This document shows, piece after piece, positions 9,574 to 18,361 of a DNA stretch of 64,000 bases. Position numbers and translations under genes: made by a program. This DNA is from a virus. How positions within the stretch are numbered: the stretch's first letter is position 1; every line of letters begins with the position of its first letter. A model generated the notes under the pieces. That model made no database searches, had not been told where the DNA came from, and saw nothing but the letters and a program-made list of their open reading frames with translations. The stretch spans positions 47,990 through 111,989 of the IMG/VR virus record IMGVR_UViG_3300031576_000007; one strand, 5' to 3'.

Positions 9574-9886
9574 AAAAGGGCAAGTGTACAGACCTACTAA
9601 TAATTTTGCAATCGGGGACCCATCCACCCCAAGTAAAGGTTCAGTATATATAAAGTCTGCTATTCATTTTATTGAGGTAGTAGAAGTTGGGTACAAAGGT
9701 AAAGAAGATTCAATTAAAATTTATTTAGATCATATAGATTCCTTTTTTGGGGAAAGACCTAAATGCTCAGAGAAAGGTATGTACGTTATACCAACTAAAA
9801 TGTTGGAAGATGATTGTGTATTGGGCGTTGCCCTTACCTTGAAATTAGGTAAGTGGTATATGGAGCACGAAAAAAATGAATTTTAA
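9509..9886 (+). CDS. Hypothetical protein (start probably ATG near 9560)
   Basis: Operon ORF; ATG at 9560 overlaps the end of the upstream ORF. Confidence 0.5.
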   Translation: MNTIVKFKLQKHLWRWLMTTIRKGQVYRPTNNFAIGDPSTPSKGSVYIKSAIHFIEVVEVGYKGKEDSIKIYLDHIDSFFGERPKCSEKGMYVIPTKMLEDDCVLGVALTLKLGKWYMEHEKNEF

Positions 9887-9911
9887 AACTATTCTATGAT
9901 ATAATAATACA

Positions 9912-10496
9912 GTGGACAGAAAAAAGTGTATAAAATGTAATAATATTAAAGATATAATAAAGTTCTATTTACGTTCAGATACTAAAAAGTATCGTAAGGA
10001 ATGCAAGATATGCTCTAAAGAATTTCACAGCAGTATCTATATTAAAAATATCAATAAGTATAAAAAACACAATAAAAATTATTACATTTCTAATAAAGAT
10101 AAAGTACTAAAGCAACAAAAAGAATGGTATAAAGAAAACAAGGAACTTATAGCACAAAGAAGATTAGAATATCAAAGAAACAATCCAGAAGGACACTGTA
10201 AGAGGAATAAAATATATAGAGATAGATACCCTAAAAGAAGACTATATTTAACACGAAAAAGACAGCTAGAAAAGCTTCAAAGAACACCAGTGGGGGCAAA
10301 CTTAGATATAATAAAAATCTTTTATGAAAACTGTCAACAAGGATATGAAGTAGACCATATTATTCCTCTAAAAGGAAAAACTGTAAGTGGCCTTCATATA
10401 AGGAGTAATCTACAATATTTATTGCCAGAGGATAATTTGAAAAAAAGAAACAAGTTTGATTTTACTTTAGAAAACATTGGATGGAAAAATGGGTGA
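9912..10496 (+). CDS. Free-standing HNH homing endonuclease
   Basis: N-terminal CxxC...CxxC, basic helical linker, VDHIIPL.G..VSGLH...NLQ.L....N; TGnTATAAT at 9897-9905. Confidence 0.85.
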   Translation: MDRKKCIKCNNIKDIIKFYLRSDTKKYRKECKICSKEFHSSIYIKNINKYKKHNKNYYISNKDKVLKQQKEWYKENKELIAQRRLEYQRNNPEGHCKRNKIYRDRYPKRRLYLTRKRQLEKLQRTPVGANLDIIKIFYENCQQGYEVDHIIPLKGKTVSGLHIRSNLQYLLPEDNLKKRNKFDFTLENIGWKNG

Positions 10497-12711
10497 CAGA
10501 AGATTATACACGTTTTCAGATGTTCTTATAGAACCTCGTTTTTCTACAATTAAAAGTAGAAGAGATGTTGATTTAACAACTACTTTAGGTGATATTAAAC
10601 TACACTTACCCATCATAAGTGCTAACATGTCAACCATTACTGGTGAGGAGATGGCTTTAGTTATGGCTAAAAATGGCGGTATGGGCATACTTCATCGTTT
10701 TATGTCTATAGAAGATAATGTTGAAATGTGGAATAAAGTGTTCATGTCATTAAAGAACAGAGAAGTTGATACTGGTGGAAATATAAATGTCGGGGTTTCA
10801 ATAGGGATATCAGACGAGGAAAAAGATCGAGCAGTAGCCCTCTATGATGACGATGCCTTCATATTCTGTATCGATGTAGCTCATGGTGCTCAGATGTCAG
10901 TTGTTAAACAAGTAAAGTGGATGAGGGAGAAATTTAAAGATAATGTATTTATTATTGTGGGGAATTTTGCTACCAGTCAATCTATAAATGATTTTGTTAA
11001 TCATGCAGGGGGCAGGAGTATGCCGGACGCATTTAAAATTGGGATCGGGCCAGGTTGTCTTGCAGCGGGCACAAGGATATTGATGGCAAATGGTACTTAT
11101 AAGAACATCGAAGACATCAAGCTACACGATAGAGTAATAAATCAAAATGGGGATGCGGTATCTGTAATTGGAACTAAGTTCTCAGGATATAAGAAAGTAG
11201 TAAAATATAAAAGTAATTTATGGTATGATTATACATATGCAACTCCTGACCACAAACATTTTGTAGGTAATTACAGTGGTATAAAAGATATCAATCAGTG
11301 TGTACTTAGAGTAGTCTTAGACAAAAGAACAAGATCAGGTAAAAGTAAGTATAGTTGGGAAGAACTAGGCACACTAAAAAATCATACATTTTTAATGCCA
11401 AAAAATATTAAATTTGAGTTATCAGACTCTTTCTCAATAAAATTGTCTGATTTTTTTACAGCTAGACGAAGTATGAGTGGTTTTAGAGAAGATACGAATT
11501 TAACAATAGAGCCCTCGTATGAGCTTGGATATGTATTTGGTACTTTTTTAGGAGACGGGCATAGCAGCATTTCAAAGTCTATTAGAAGTACTGGTCGCTT
11601 GAATACAAGTGCTTTAACCACTTGGTATTTTGGTTTGCAAGAACAGTATATTTCTGATAAATTGGTGAAATGTTTAAAGTCTACTCTAAAAGTAGAAGCT
11701 AGTACAAAAAAGAGTAAAAACATGACCATTGTAATTTTGCGTAATAATTTTATTAGTAGATTTTTCAAAAGCTTTGGTACTAGAACCAATAAACATTTAC
11801 CGGAACAATACTTGTGTAATAATAAAGACTACCTAAAAGGTATATTAGATGGATTAGTAGATAGTGATGGCTACTATAAAAACGATGGTAGAGTTTGTTT
11901 TAGTAATACTAGCCGCAAGTTGGTTGAACTGTTTAATTTTGTATTTTTCCAAATAAATAACTATTTCCCAAGTCAACAATATAAAACCCCCTCTGCCGGG
12001 GGGTTAAAAAATTGTCTTACTGATAACTGCAATCCTTCTTATGTGTCAAGAGGGATAAAAAATCCTACTTTTAATATGACTAAAGATCATTATGTAAATA
12101 GAATAATAGAAATTCAGGATGAATCCGAATTATTAGTGCCTACTTATGACCTACAAGTGGATTGTAACACACATAGTTTTATAGCCAATCACATGATTGT
12201 TCATAATTCAACTTGTACCACTAGGGTAAAAACTGGCGTAGGAGTCTCTCAGCTCAGCGCTATTCTTGATTGTTCTCATAATACTTCTTTCCCTATTATA
12301 GCAGATGGTGGAATGAGAACACCAGGAGATATTTCAAAGGCTCTAGCAGCAGGAGCAAAAGCAGTTATGCTAGGTGGTATGCTAGCAGGTACGAATGAAA
12401 CTCCAGGTAGTTTCTTAGAAAAGAACTCGTTTGAGAGTGCTGTACTTGGGGGTCCTTGGGATAAATTTAAAAAGTACAAAGGATCAGCTTCAGAAGGCTA
12501 TGGTAATGGTTGGAAAACTTCAGAAGGAGTTGAATTCTTGGTTCCTTCTAAAGGCCCAGTTGAGGTAATCCTTAAAGATATTGAAGGAGGACTTAGGTCT
12601 GCTTTTACCTACACAGGAAGTTCCAACATAACACAATTTAGAAATAATGCTAAGCTAATATTAGTATCACAATCTACTATAATTGAAAATGGCCCACACG
12701 GAGCAAAATGA
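10489..12711 (+). CDS. IMP dehydrogenase / GMP reductase family protein, no CBS domains, intein-containing
   Basis: TFSDVLIEP, PIISANM, IDVAHG, KIGIGPG|STCTTR, IIADGG, ALAAGA..VMLG.MLAG, GGLRSAFTYTG. Confidence 0.92.
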   Translation: MGDRRLYTFSDVLIEPRFSTIKSRRDVDLTTTLGDIKLHLPIISANMSTITGEEMALVMAKNGGMGILHRFMSIEDNVEMWNKVFMSLKNREVDTGGNINVGVSIGISDEEKDRAVALYDDDAFIFCIDVAHGAQMSVVKQVKWMREKFKDNVFIIVGNFATSQSINDFVNHAGGRSMPDAFKIGIGPGCLAAGTRILMANGTYKNIEDIKLHDRVINQNGDAVSVIGTKFSGYKKVVKYKSNLWYDYTYATPDHKHFVGNYSGIKDINQCVLRVVLDKRTRSGKSKYSWEELGTLKNHTFLMPKNIKFELSDSFSIKLSDFFTARRSMSGFREDTNLTIEPSYELGYVFGTFLGDGHSSISKSIRSTGRLNTSALTTWYFGLQEQYISDKLVKCLKSTLKVEASTKKSKNMTIVILRNNFISRFFKSFGTRTNKHLPEQYLCNNKDYLKGILDGLVDSDGYYKNDGRVCFSNTSRKLVELFNFVFFQINNYFPSQQYKTPSAGGLKNCLTDNCNPSYVSRGIKNPTFNMTKDHYVNRIIEIQDESELLVPTYDLQVDCNTHSFIANHMIVHNSTCTTRVKTGVGVSQLSAILDCSHNTSFPIIADGGMRTPGDISKALAAGAKAVMLGGMLAGTNETPGSFLEKNSFESAVLGGPWDKFKKYKGSASEGYGNGWKTSEGVEFLVPSKGPVEVILKDIEGGLRSAFTYTGSSNITQFRNNAKLILVSQSTIIENGPHGAK
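11056..12207 (+). mobile_element. Intein (384 aa) with LAGLIDADG endonuclease in IMPDH/GMPR
   Basis: Starts CLAAGT, block B ATPDH, FGTFLGDG and LDGLVDSDG, ends IVHN followed by Ser. Confidence 0.93.
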
Positions 12712-12983
12712 GTAGAATATTAGATGCATTATTTATACTATTTAAAGGGAGAAAGGCACTAGTGGCAAAAGATAAAAATAAACTACCCACAACATTCGCT
12801 AAGGAAACTGAAAAATATTTTCATGAAGATATTGAAGGTGTAGCTAAAGAAGAACTTGATTTCGATACCTTCCAAACCGTTAGTCTGCCTAACAGCAATA
12901 AGCTTGTAACAGCTAGGAATAAGAAGACAAAAGAGATCCAAGGTGTTAGGATGTTGATTAAAAAAGAGGAAAAAAAGAAATGA
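12708..12983 (+). CDS. Hypothetical protein
   Basis: ATGA-coupled ORF. Confidence 0.55.
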   Translation: MSRILDALFILFKGRKALVAKDKNKLPTTFAKETEKYFHEDIEGVAKEELDFDTFQTVSLPNSNKLVTARNKKTKEIQGVRMLIKKEEKKK

Positions 12984-13303
12984 CTTTAAAAACTATTTCA
13001 GAAAAAATACAAAAATTATTCGGTAAGTTCCCATACTACCTTTGTTCAGGAACTGCTGGTAATGAGTACTTATTTTGTAGAGAATTAACTCATTTTATTG
13101 GTGGAGTTATTATAGGACTGATTCCTGCTTTAACAAGTTCTGTACTTTTTAGTATTCTAGCTGGTTGGCTAATATTTATAATAATTGTATTAAAAGAAAT
13201 ATCAGAAGACAACAAGAGTCAGTCTAGATTTAAAACAATAATTGATGTGCTATCCTGGACCATAGGGTTTCTTACCCCAACTCTTATAAAATTTGTTCTT
13301 TAG
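12980..13303 (+). CDS. Membrane protein
   Basis: HFIGG...KE...D..SW pattern with about three TMs. Confidence 0.6.
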   Translation: MTLKTISEKIQKLFGKFPYYLCSGTAGNEYLFCRELTHFIGGVIIGLIPALTSSVLFSILAGWLIFIIIVLKEISEDNKSQSRFKTIIDVLSWTIGFLTPTLIKFVL

Positions 13304-13312
13304 AAAGGTTTT

Positions 13313-13483
13313 ATGATTAGATTTCAAAAATTAGGACTATTAGAAATATTTTTATCTGGGCTAATAATTGGGTTTATTCCAATAAATTTCTTAATCAATA
13401 CTAAAGGCATGATTTTAGTTGATTTAGCTGCGGCTTCAATTTGTTTGTGGTTTGGTTATAGAGATCTGAAAGATCCAGAGTAA
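13313..13483 (+). CDS. 56-aa two-TM membrane protein (not in ORF track)
   Basis: AAAGG RBS; translation MIRFQKLGLLEIFLSGLIIGFIPINF...WFGYRDLKDPE fills the gap. Confidence 0.55.
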   Translation: MIRFQKLGLLEIFLSGLIIGFIPINFLINTKGMILVDLAAASICLWFGYRDLKDPE

Positions 13484-13499
13484 ACTGTAGGGGAGAAAA

Positions 13500-13856
13500 A
13501 TGAGCAATAAGAATTCATTTGATGCATATCAAGAAACGGCAGCAGAAACAGCGGTATTTCCTAGAAAGTCACAGTTAGAAACATTGATGTATTTGGGATT
13601 AGGACTTACGGGAGAATCTGGGGAATCAGCGGAAAAAATAAAGAAACTATACAGGGATTATAATGGAGTAATAACAGAAGAATTTCGAGACAACTTAATT
13701 AAGGAGCTAGGGGATATTATTTGGTATGCCTCCCAAATTGCCCTAGAACTTGGTGTTAATTTTAGCGAGGTAGCTGAGAGAAATATAGAAAAGTTGCAGA
13801 GTAGAATGAAACAAAATAAAATTCAAGGTAGTGGGGATAACAGAGAGAATCAATAA
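13500..13856 (+). CDS. MazG-like nucleoside triphosphate pyrophosphohydrolase
   Basis: LGLTGESGE..EKIKK..RD...KELGDIIWY...N.EKL.SR. Confidence 0.9.
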   Translation: MSNKNSFDAYQETAAETAVFPRKSQLETLMYLGLGLTGESGESAEKIKKLYRDYNGVITEEFRDNLIKELGDIIWYASQIALELGVNFSEVAERNIEKLQSRMKQNKIQGSGDNRENQ

Positions 13857-13857
13857 T

Positions 13858-14418
13858 ATGATAGAAAATAATAAAAAAACTACAGTAATTAATCTATTTG
13901 GAGGTCCTGGTGCTGGCAAATCTACACTTGCATGTGAATTATTCAGTTCTCTGAAACATAGAAAGGTTAACACGGAGTTGGTTAGAGAATATGTTAAAGA
14001 TTGGGCTTGGGAGAGCCGTAAGATCAACCCAATCGACCAGCTTTACATTGCAGCTAAACAATTCAGAAGAGAACAGATTCTCTACGGTAAAGTAGATGTT
14101 ATTATCACTGATTCTCCTATTATTTTGAGTGCTGTTTATGAAGAAGTATATTCTAAAAACACTAGAGTTTGGGGGGTACTACCAACTTATCTTTCAGTAG
14201 ATCCTAATGTTAAACACCTAAATTTCTTTATCAAAAGACATAAAGATTATGTGCAAGCTGGTAGATATGAGGATGAGTCACAAGCCAAAGAAATTGATAA
14301 AACCATAGAATCATTCCTTATAAATAAGAACATCCCCTATACAACTATAGATTGCCTTGATAATATTAGGTCTTCTAAAATATTGGATTTTTTATTTAAT
14401 GAGGGCTTTAAACAATGA
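13858..14418 (+). CDS. P-loop kinase/ATPase (NadR/AAA_28-like)
   Basis: INLFGGPGAGKST, EYVKD.AW, IITDSP, GRYEDE. Confidence 0.8.
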   Translation: MIENNKKTTVINLFGGPGAGKSTLACELFSSLKHRKVNTELVREYVKDWAWESRKINPIDQLYIAAKQFRREQILYGKVDVIITDSPIILSAVYEEVYSKNTRVWGVLPTYLSVDPNVKHLNFFIKRHKDYVQAGRYEDESQAKEIDKTIESFLINKNIPYTTIDCLDNIRSSKILDFLFNEGFKQ

Positions 14419-14615
14419 TTAGAGGTCATGAATATTATTATGAAATGCATAATGAAATTAAAGAGCTTAAAGATTATATAAGAGAACTTACATTAACTAA
14501 TGGTGTTTTGACTAGAGATATAGAAAGACTTAATGAGCTTTTAGATAGTTGCAGAAAAATATCAGATATTAGATCAAAAGAACTAATAGAATTAAAGGAG
14601 AAATTGAATGGCTGA
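14415..14615 (+). CDS. Small coiled-coil hypothetical protein
   Basis: ATGA-coupled ORF. Confidence 0.5.
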   Translation: MIRGHEYYYEMHNEIKELKDYIRELTLTNGVLTRDIERLNELLDSCRKISDIRSKELIELKEKLNG

Positions 14616-14790
14616 GCAAGTAATAAGTGTTTCACAAGCATCTAAATTGTCTAATGACAAGTTAGTTGGTAAGAAAAAGAAGAGTACTAAAGATAAATAC
14701 CACACAAAAGCTCTTAAAGTAGTAAAGAAGGATAAAAGATTGAACAGCTTAAATAAACAGATAAAGAATAAAAATGCTAATCGCTCTTGA
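14608..14790 (+). CDS. Small basic hypothetical protein
   Basis: AAGGAG RBS; Lys-rich. Confidence 0.5.
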   Translation: MAEQVISVSQASKLSNDKLVGKKKKSTKDKYHTKALKVVKKDKRLNSLNKQIKNKNANRS

Positions 14791-15349
14791 TATCGATGGG
14801 GTAATTTTAGATTTCTTGGGCCATTTCCTGAAGATATACAACAACAGGAATGGTACGAGTCTTACTACAGATGATATAACTGACTTTTTGCCTTCTGGTA
14901 ATCTAGATGATTTAATAAAGAAAAAAGACTGGGATGAGAACTTCGATTTCTTTGTTGATAATGGGGGATTTTCTAGCCTACCAAGTTTTGAAGGTGCCAG
15001 GGTAGCTATAGAGAATATTATTAAAGCTGGTCATCACATAGTCTATATAACTGCTAGAGAACCAAAACTATCTGGACAGACTATTATATCATTTATATTA
15101 AATAATATCCCTCTTAAAAAGATATATTTCGCTCCTCATAGTAAAGAACAAGCACTAAAAGACCTTAATCCAGATATATTTGTTGATGATAGACTAAAAC
15201 ATTTAGAAGAGGCAGAAAGAGCTGGGGTTAGAAATATCTATGTTATGGATCAACCATATAATAAAAAACTGGAAGCTAAAAAATATACTCGTATCTATAA
15301 TTTAATCCAATTAGAAAGAGAAATTGCTCCAATTAAGGATGAAAAATGA
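14774..15349 (+). CDS. HAD-family 5'(3')-deoxyribonucleotidase
   Basis: IALDIDGVI, YITAR, K...IFVDD, PYN motifs. Confidence 0.85.
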   Translation: MLIALDIDGVILDFLGHFLKIYNNRNGTSLTTDDITDFLPSGNLDDLIKKKDWDENFDFFVDNGGFSSLPSFEGARVAIENIIKAGHHIVYITAREPKLSGQTIISFILNNIPLKKIYFAPHSKEQALKDLNPDIFVDDRLKHLEEAERAGVRNIYVMDQPYNKKLEAKKYTRIYNLIQLEREIAPIKDEK

Positions 15350-15729
15350 AAAAGACGACATTAGGAAAAGCTCTAATAAAGGCAGCCAAAGAAACTATAA
15401 AGCCCTCAAAAGAAGAAGTTAGTATCAGATATTTAGTGGTTTATACACCTAATTTCTGTGTGACTCCATTTAAAGTAGTTTATGATAGTTCAAAAAAAAA
15501 GAACTTCGCAATTAACTCTAAGATAGAACTTAATAGTAGTGAAGCTGCTTATAAGTATTATAGAGGCTTAAAAGACGAAGACAGTGAAATTCGTATATTT
15601 AGAGTCTTTAACTTAACTGATGAAGAGGTATTGAAATTTATGAATTGTTCAGCAGAAATGGCCGTTCCCAACTCAATGTATTGGAGCCGAACTAAGGGGT
15701 TGCGCCCTAAGAACCCCGAAGAACAGTGA
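15346..15729 (+). CDS. Hypothetical protein
   Basis: ATGA-coupled ORF. Confidence 0.55.
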   Translation: MKKTTLGKALIKAAKETIKPSKEEVSIRYLVVYTPNFCVTPFKVVYDSSKKKNFAINSKIELNSSEAAYKYYRGLKDEDSEIRIFRVFNLTDEEVLKFMNCSAEMAVPNSMYWSRTKGLRPKNPEEQ

Positions 15730-15747
15730 ACTAAATTAAGAAGATAG

Positions 15748-16176
15748 TTGAAAACTTTGAGAAGAAAATACAAAGAGATAAAAATGACTGAAGATACTAA
15801 AAAGAAAGAACCAAAGTTTAGACAGTACATGGTCTTAGAAGTTGTCCAGAGTTTTGATATAATATTTGCTAATGAGGACAAACGATTAAGAAAAGAACAT
15901 TTATTTGAAGGGTCTCACTTACTTATAACCAGAGGTTTTAAAGGTAATAAAGCTTATAAAAACTTTTATAGATATAACTTCTGTGAACTTTCACTAGAAC
16001 AGCTGGTACTCAATAATGTAGATTTTAAAAAGTATCCTATTTTTATAGCTTCTGAAAAAACATTAGAAAATCATACAACTATCCACGTAGCTAAAACTAT
16101 GGAAGTTGGCCTTATCCTTAATGACATAATTAAAAATAAAGTTACTGATTTAGTTTCAACCATCCATAAGAGCTAG
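15748..16176 (+). CDS. Hypothetical protein, last + strand gene
   Basis: 3' end overlaps the convergent ORF 16142-16480. Confidence 0.5.
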   Translation: MKTLRRKYKEIKMTEDTKKKEPKFRQYMVLEVVQSFDIIFANEDKRLRKEHLFEGSHLLITRGFKGNKAYKNFYRYNFCELSLEQLVLNNVDFKKYPIFIASEKTLENHTTIHVAKTMEVGLILNDIIKNKVTDLVSTIHKS

Positions 16177-16480
16177 AGTGTAAAATACTCCTAGCATGTT
16201 CTTCTGTCATCCCAGACCCTTCCGTATAAGCTTCGAACTCCCATTTATATCTCCATGGATTCCAACCAAAAGGCAACGCGAACAAATAAAGAAATAAATA
16301 CTTAACTAATCCTACTTCTTGCTGTTGCTTAATATGAATCAATTCATGTTCTAAAATCTTAGAACTTGGTGGTCTTCCTTCTGGGAAGTAAATAGTATCC
16401 CCTATTGTTGTATAGTTATTACTAGCAAAACTTCCAGTAAGCTTCCAGGCCCAAGACTTTTTTCTTAATTGATAATTCAT
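16142..16480 (-). CDS. Small HExxH metallopeptidase-like protein (DUF4157-like)
   Basis: TTIGDTIYF, LEHELIHIKQ, WEFEAY. Confidence 0.7.
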   Translation of the reverse strand: MNYQLRKKSWAWKLTGSFASNNYTTIGDTIYFPEGRPPSSKILEHELIHIKQQQEVGLVKYLFLYLFALPFGWNPWRYKWEFEAYTEGSGMTEEHARSILHSSSYGWLKLNQ

Positions 16481-17037
16481 AAGTTAAACAAATCTCTTTC
16501 TTTGTTTCTTCTAATTGTTAGCCCCTTAAGAACTTTACCCCCCGCACGATCCCATCTTAATAACTGATCAGCTGCCCCGCTATAATCTCCTGCGTTCAAC
16601 ATTTTTAATAAAGTCGATGTTTTAAAATTACCTAAACCTACGTTATAAGAGAACACTACTAAAGATGAAAATTGGTTGCTAGTTAACGGCACTTTAACTG
16701 CTTTGCTAACCCCCTCTTCAAATACTCGTAAGTCTTTATACAATAATGCTTCAGCTTCTATTTCAGATATAACTTGTCCAGGGGTGACATCATCACCAGT
16801 ATGACCGTATCCAATTGTTAGTATACCAACTGTGTCTTTGTAAGCTTTCAATTCCAGTCCTTCTGAGTCCTTTAAGAGCTTCAGTCCTGCTGTATTGATA
16901 TGCTTCGCGTCATCAACAATTATAATTGGTTCAGGCTTTCTTTCGAAATGGAGAATCTTAGCCTCCTCCTGTTCTTTCGGGGGTTTCTTAGGGGCCATAG
17001 ATAAAAGATGTTGTAATAATGTGAGAAAAAATTTCAT
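16477..17037 (-). CDS. Endolysin, GH24 phage lysozyme
   Basis: EGLELKAYKDTVGILTIGYGHT (E-D-T triad), NQFSSLVVFSYNVG, GLTIRRNKERDLF. Confidence 0.93.
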   Translation of the reverse strand: MKFFLTLLQHLLSMAPKKPPKEQEEAKILHFERKPEPIIIVDDAKHINTAGLKLLKDSEGLELKAYKDTVGILTIGYGHTGDDVTPGQVISEIEAEALLYKDLRVFEEGVSKAVKVPLTSNQFSSLVVFSYNVGLGNFKTSTLLKMLNAGDYSGAADQLLRWDRAGGKVLKGLTIRRNKERDLFNL

Positions 17038-17041
17038 AGTA

Positions 17042-17281
17042 TTATCTTTCCGTTAATAATTTCAATAACAAATCATTTAACTTTTCCAAATTATCCTGTA
17101 ATCTCTCAAGATCAGATCTTATATCTTTTATTTGTACTTCTTGTACAGCTACCTTTTCCTCTAATTTAGGAAGATGACTTGGTTCACTTTCTTTCTTTGA
17201 CCCAGCTATCTTTAGGATAGATAGACATACGGTAGCAACTGAACCCACTAATGCTACAGCCATCGCCATAGTAAATTCCAT
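17042..17281 (-). CDS. Holin-like single-TM coiled-coil protein
   Basis: N-terminal TM, directly upstream of the endolysin. Confidence 0.5.
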   Translation of the reverse strand: MEFTMAMAVALVGSVATVCLSILKIAGSKKESEPSHLPKLEEKVAVQEVQIKDIRSDLERLQDNLEKLNDLLLKLLTER

Positions 17282-17460
17282 TATCCCCTCGCTGGCTTCT
17301 TTAATTGTTCTATTTGTTTACATACATTATCTGGGCAGGAACCCAAATTACTTAATTTACTTCTTAATCTTTTTTGTAGATGTCTGCCATTAGTAGAATC
17401 TTTTTGTACAATATCCTCTATCTGACTTATCTGTTCTTCTAACTTCTTATAATTTATCAT
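17281..17460 (-). CDS. Small hypothetical protein
   Basis: ATG 17460 immediately after the upstream stop. Confidence 0.45.
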   Translation of the reverse strand: MINYKKLEEQISQIEDIVQKDSTNGRHLQKRLRSKLSNLGSCPDNVCKQIEQLKKPARG

Positions 17461-17461
17461 A

Positions 17462-18352
17462 TTATAATAGATACAGATTGTATCTAACCTTCCCACCATT
17501 GTTTGGAGAACCTGTATTCAAAGAAAAAGTAAGTTTATGCTGACCGGGGGTTAAAACTAGAGAGGTGATATCCAGAACTACACCAGTTGTGACAATGGTA
17601 TGGCCAGATGTGCCATCACCGAATTTAGCCAGGCTTGCCTGAGTCAATAAAATAGATGTTTTATCAATTCCATCTAAAGCTATTTTCATATCATCAAAGA
17701 ATTGTTTAGCAGAACCCGCAGTATGAAGAGAACCAACCCCAGGATTTAAACCTACGGTACCAGTTACACCAGAGGTTACTGAGTGGGCATGTAATGTAGA
17801 TCCAGAGTTAACATTTCCTGTCTGTCCTCCTTTATTTAAAGTACCAGTACCTGTCACACTTCCGCTTATACTTAAAGAAGTATTATTGATGAATCTTCCA
17901 TCACTTGATAGTGTTACTCCTTCATTGTTTGTATCTAAGCCATCGTCACTGGCAGTTGTATTTTCACTTATAACTAACCCATGTTTGTGTGAACTTGGGG
18001 AAACTTCTAAACTGTGCCCATGCCCGTGGTTTATATCAGTATTTGTCCCATGTTGGTGCCCATCTACGCTGATATTATTTGTACTCAAGGACCCAGAATC
18101 ATGATTATGTAACCCTATTTCTGTATAGAAGTTTTGATTGAATCGTTCACCAAATATATATAATTTTATCTCTTGTGGCAACTGCCCAAAGATATGAAAG
18201 TAAAGATTCTCTGGGTTGTTATTATCAATATCAGCAGAGCCAACATATGATAGCCCACTTACTATTAGTGTAGGTCTTGAGGTAGCAGGAACATCTATAT
18301 CCGTGCGCCTCTTTGAGAATTTCTTTTCTCCTGTCCCTCTTACTAGTCCCAT
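17462..18352 (-). CDS. Short tail-fibre-like protein with HxH metal-binding repeats
   Basis: HNH, HQH, HGHGH, HKH and HAH motifs in Gly/Ser/Thr-rich sequence. Confidence 0.6.
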   Translation of the reverse strand: MGLVRGTGEKKFSKRRTDIDVPATSRPTLIVSGLSYVGSADIDNNNPENLYFHIFGQLPQEIKLYIFGERFNQNFYTEIGLHNHDSGSLSTNNISVDGHQHGTNTDINHGHGHSLEVSPSSHKHGLVISENTTASDDGLDTNNEGVTLSSDGRFINNTSLSISGSVTGTGTLNKGGQTGNVNSGSTLHAHSVTSGVTGTVGLNPGVGSLHTAGSAKQFFDDMKIALDGIDKTSILLTQASLAKFGDGTSGHTIVTTGVVLDITSLVLTPGQHKLTFSLNTGSPNNGGKVRYNLYLL

Positions 18353-18361
18353 ATGTTCTCC

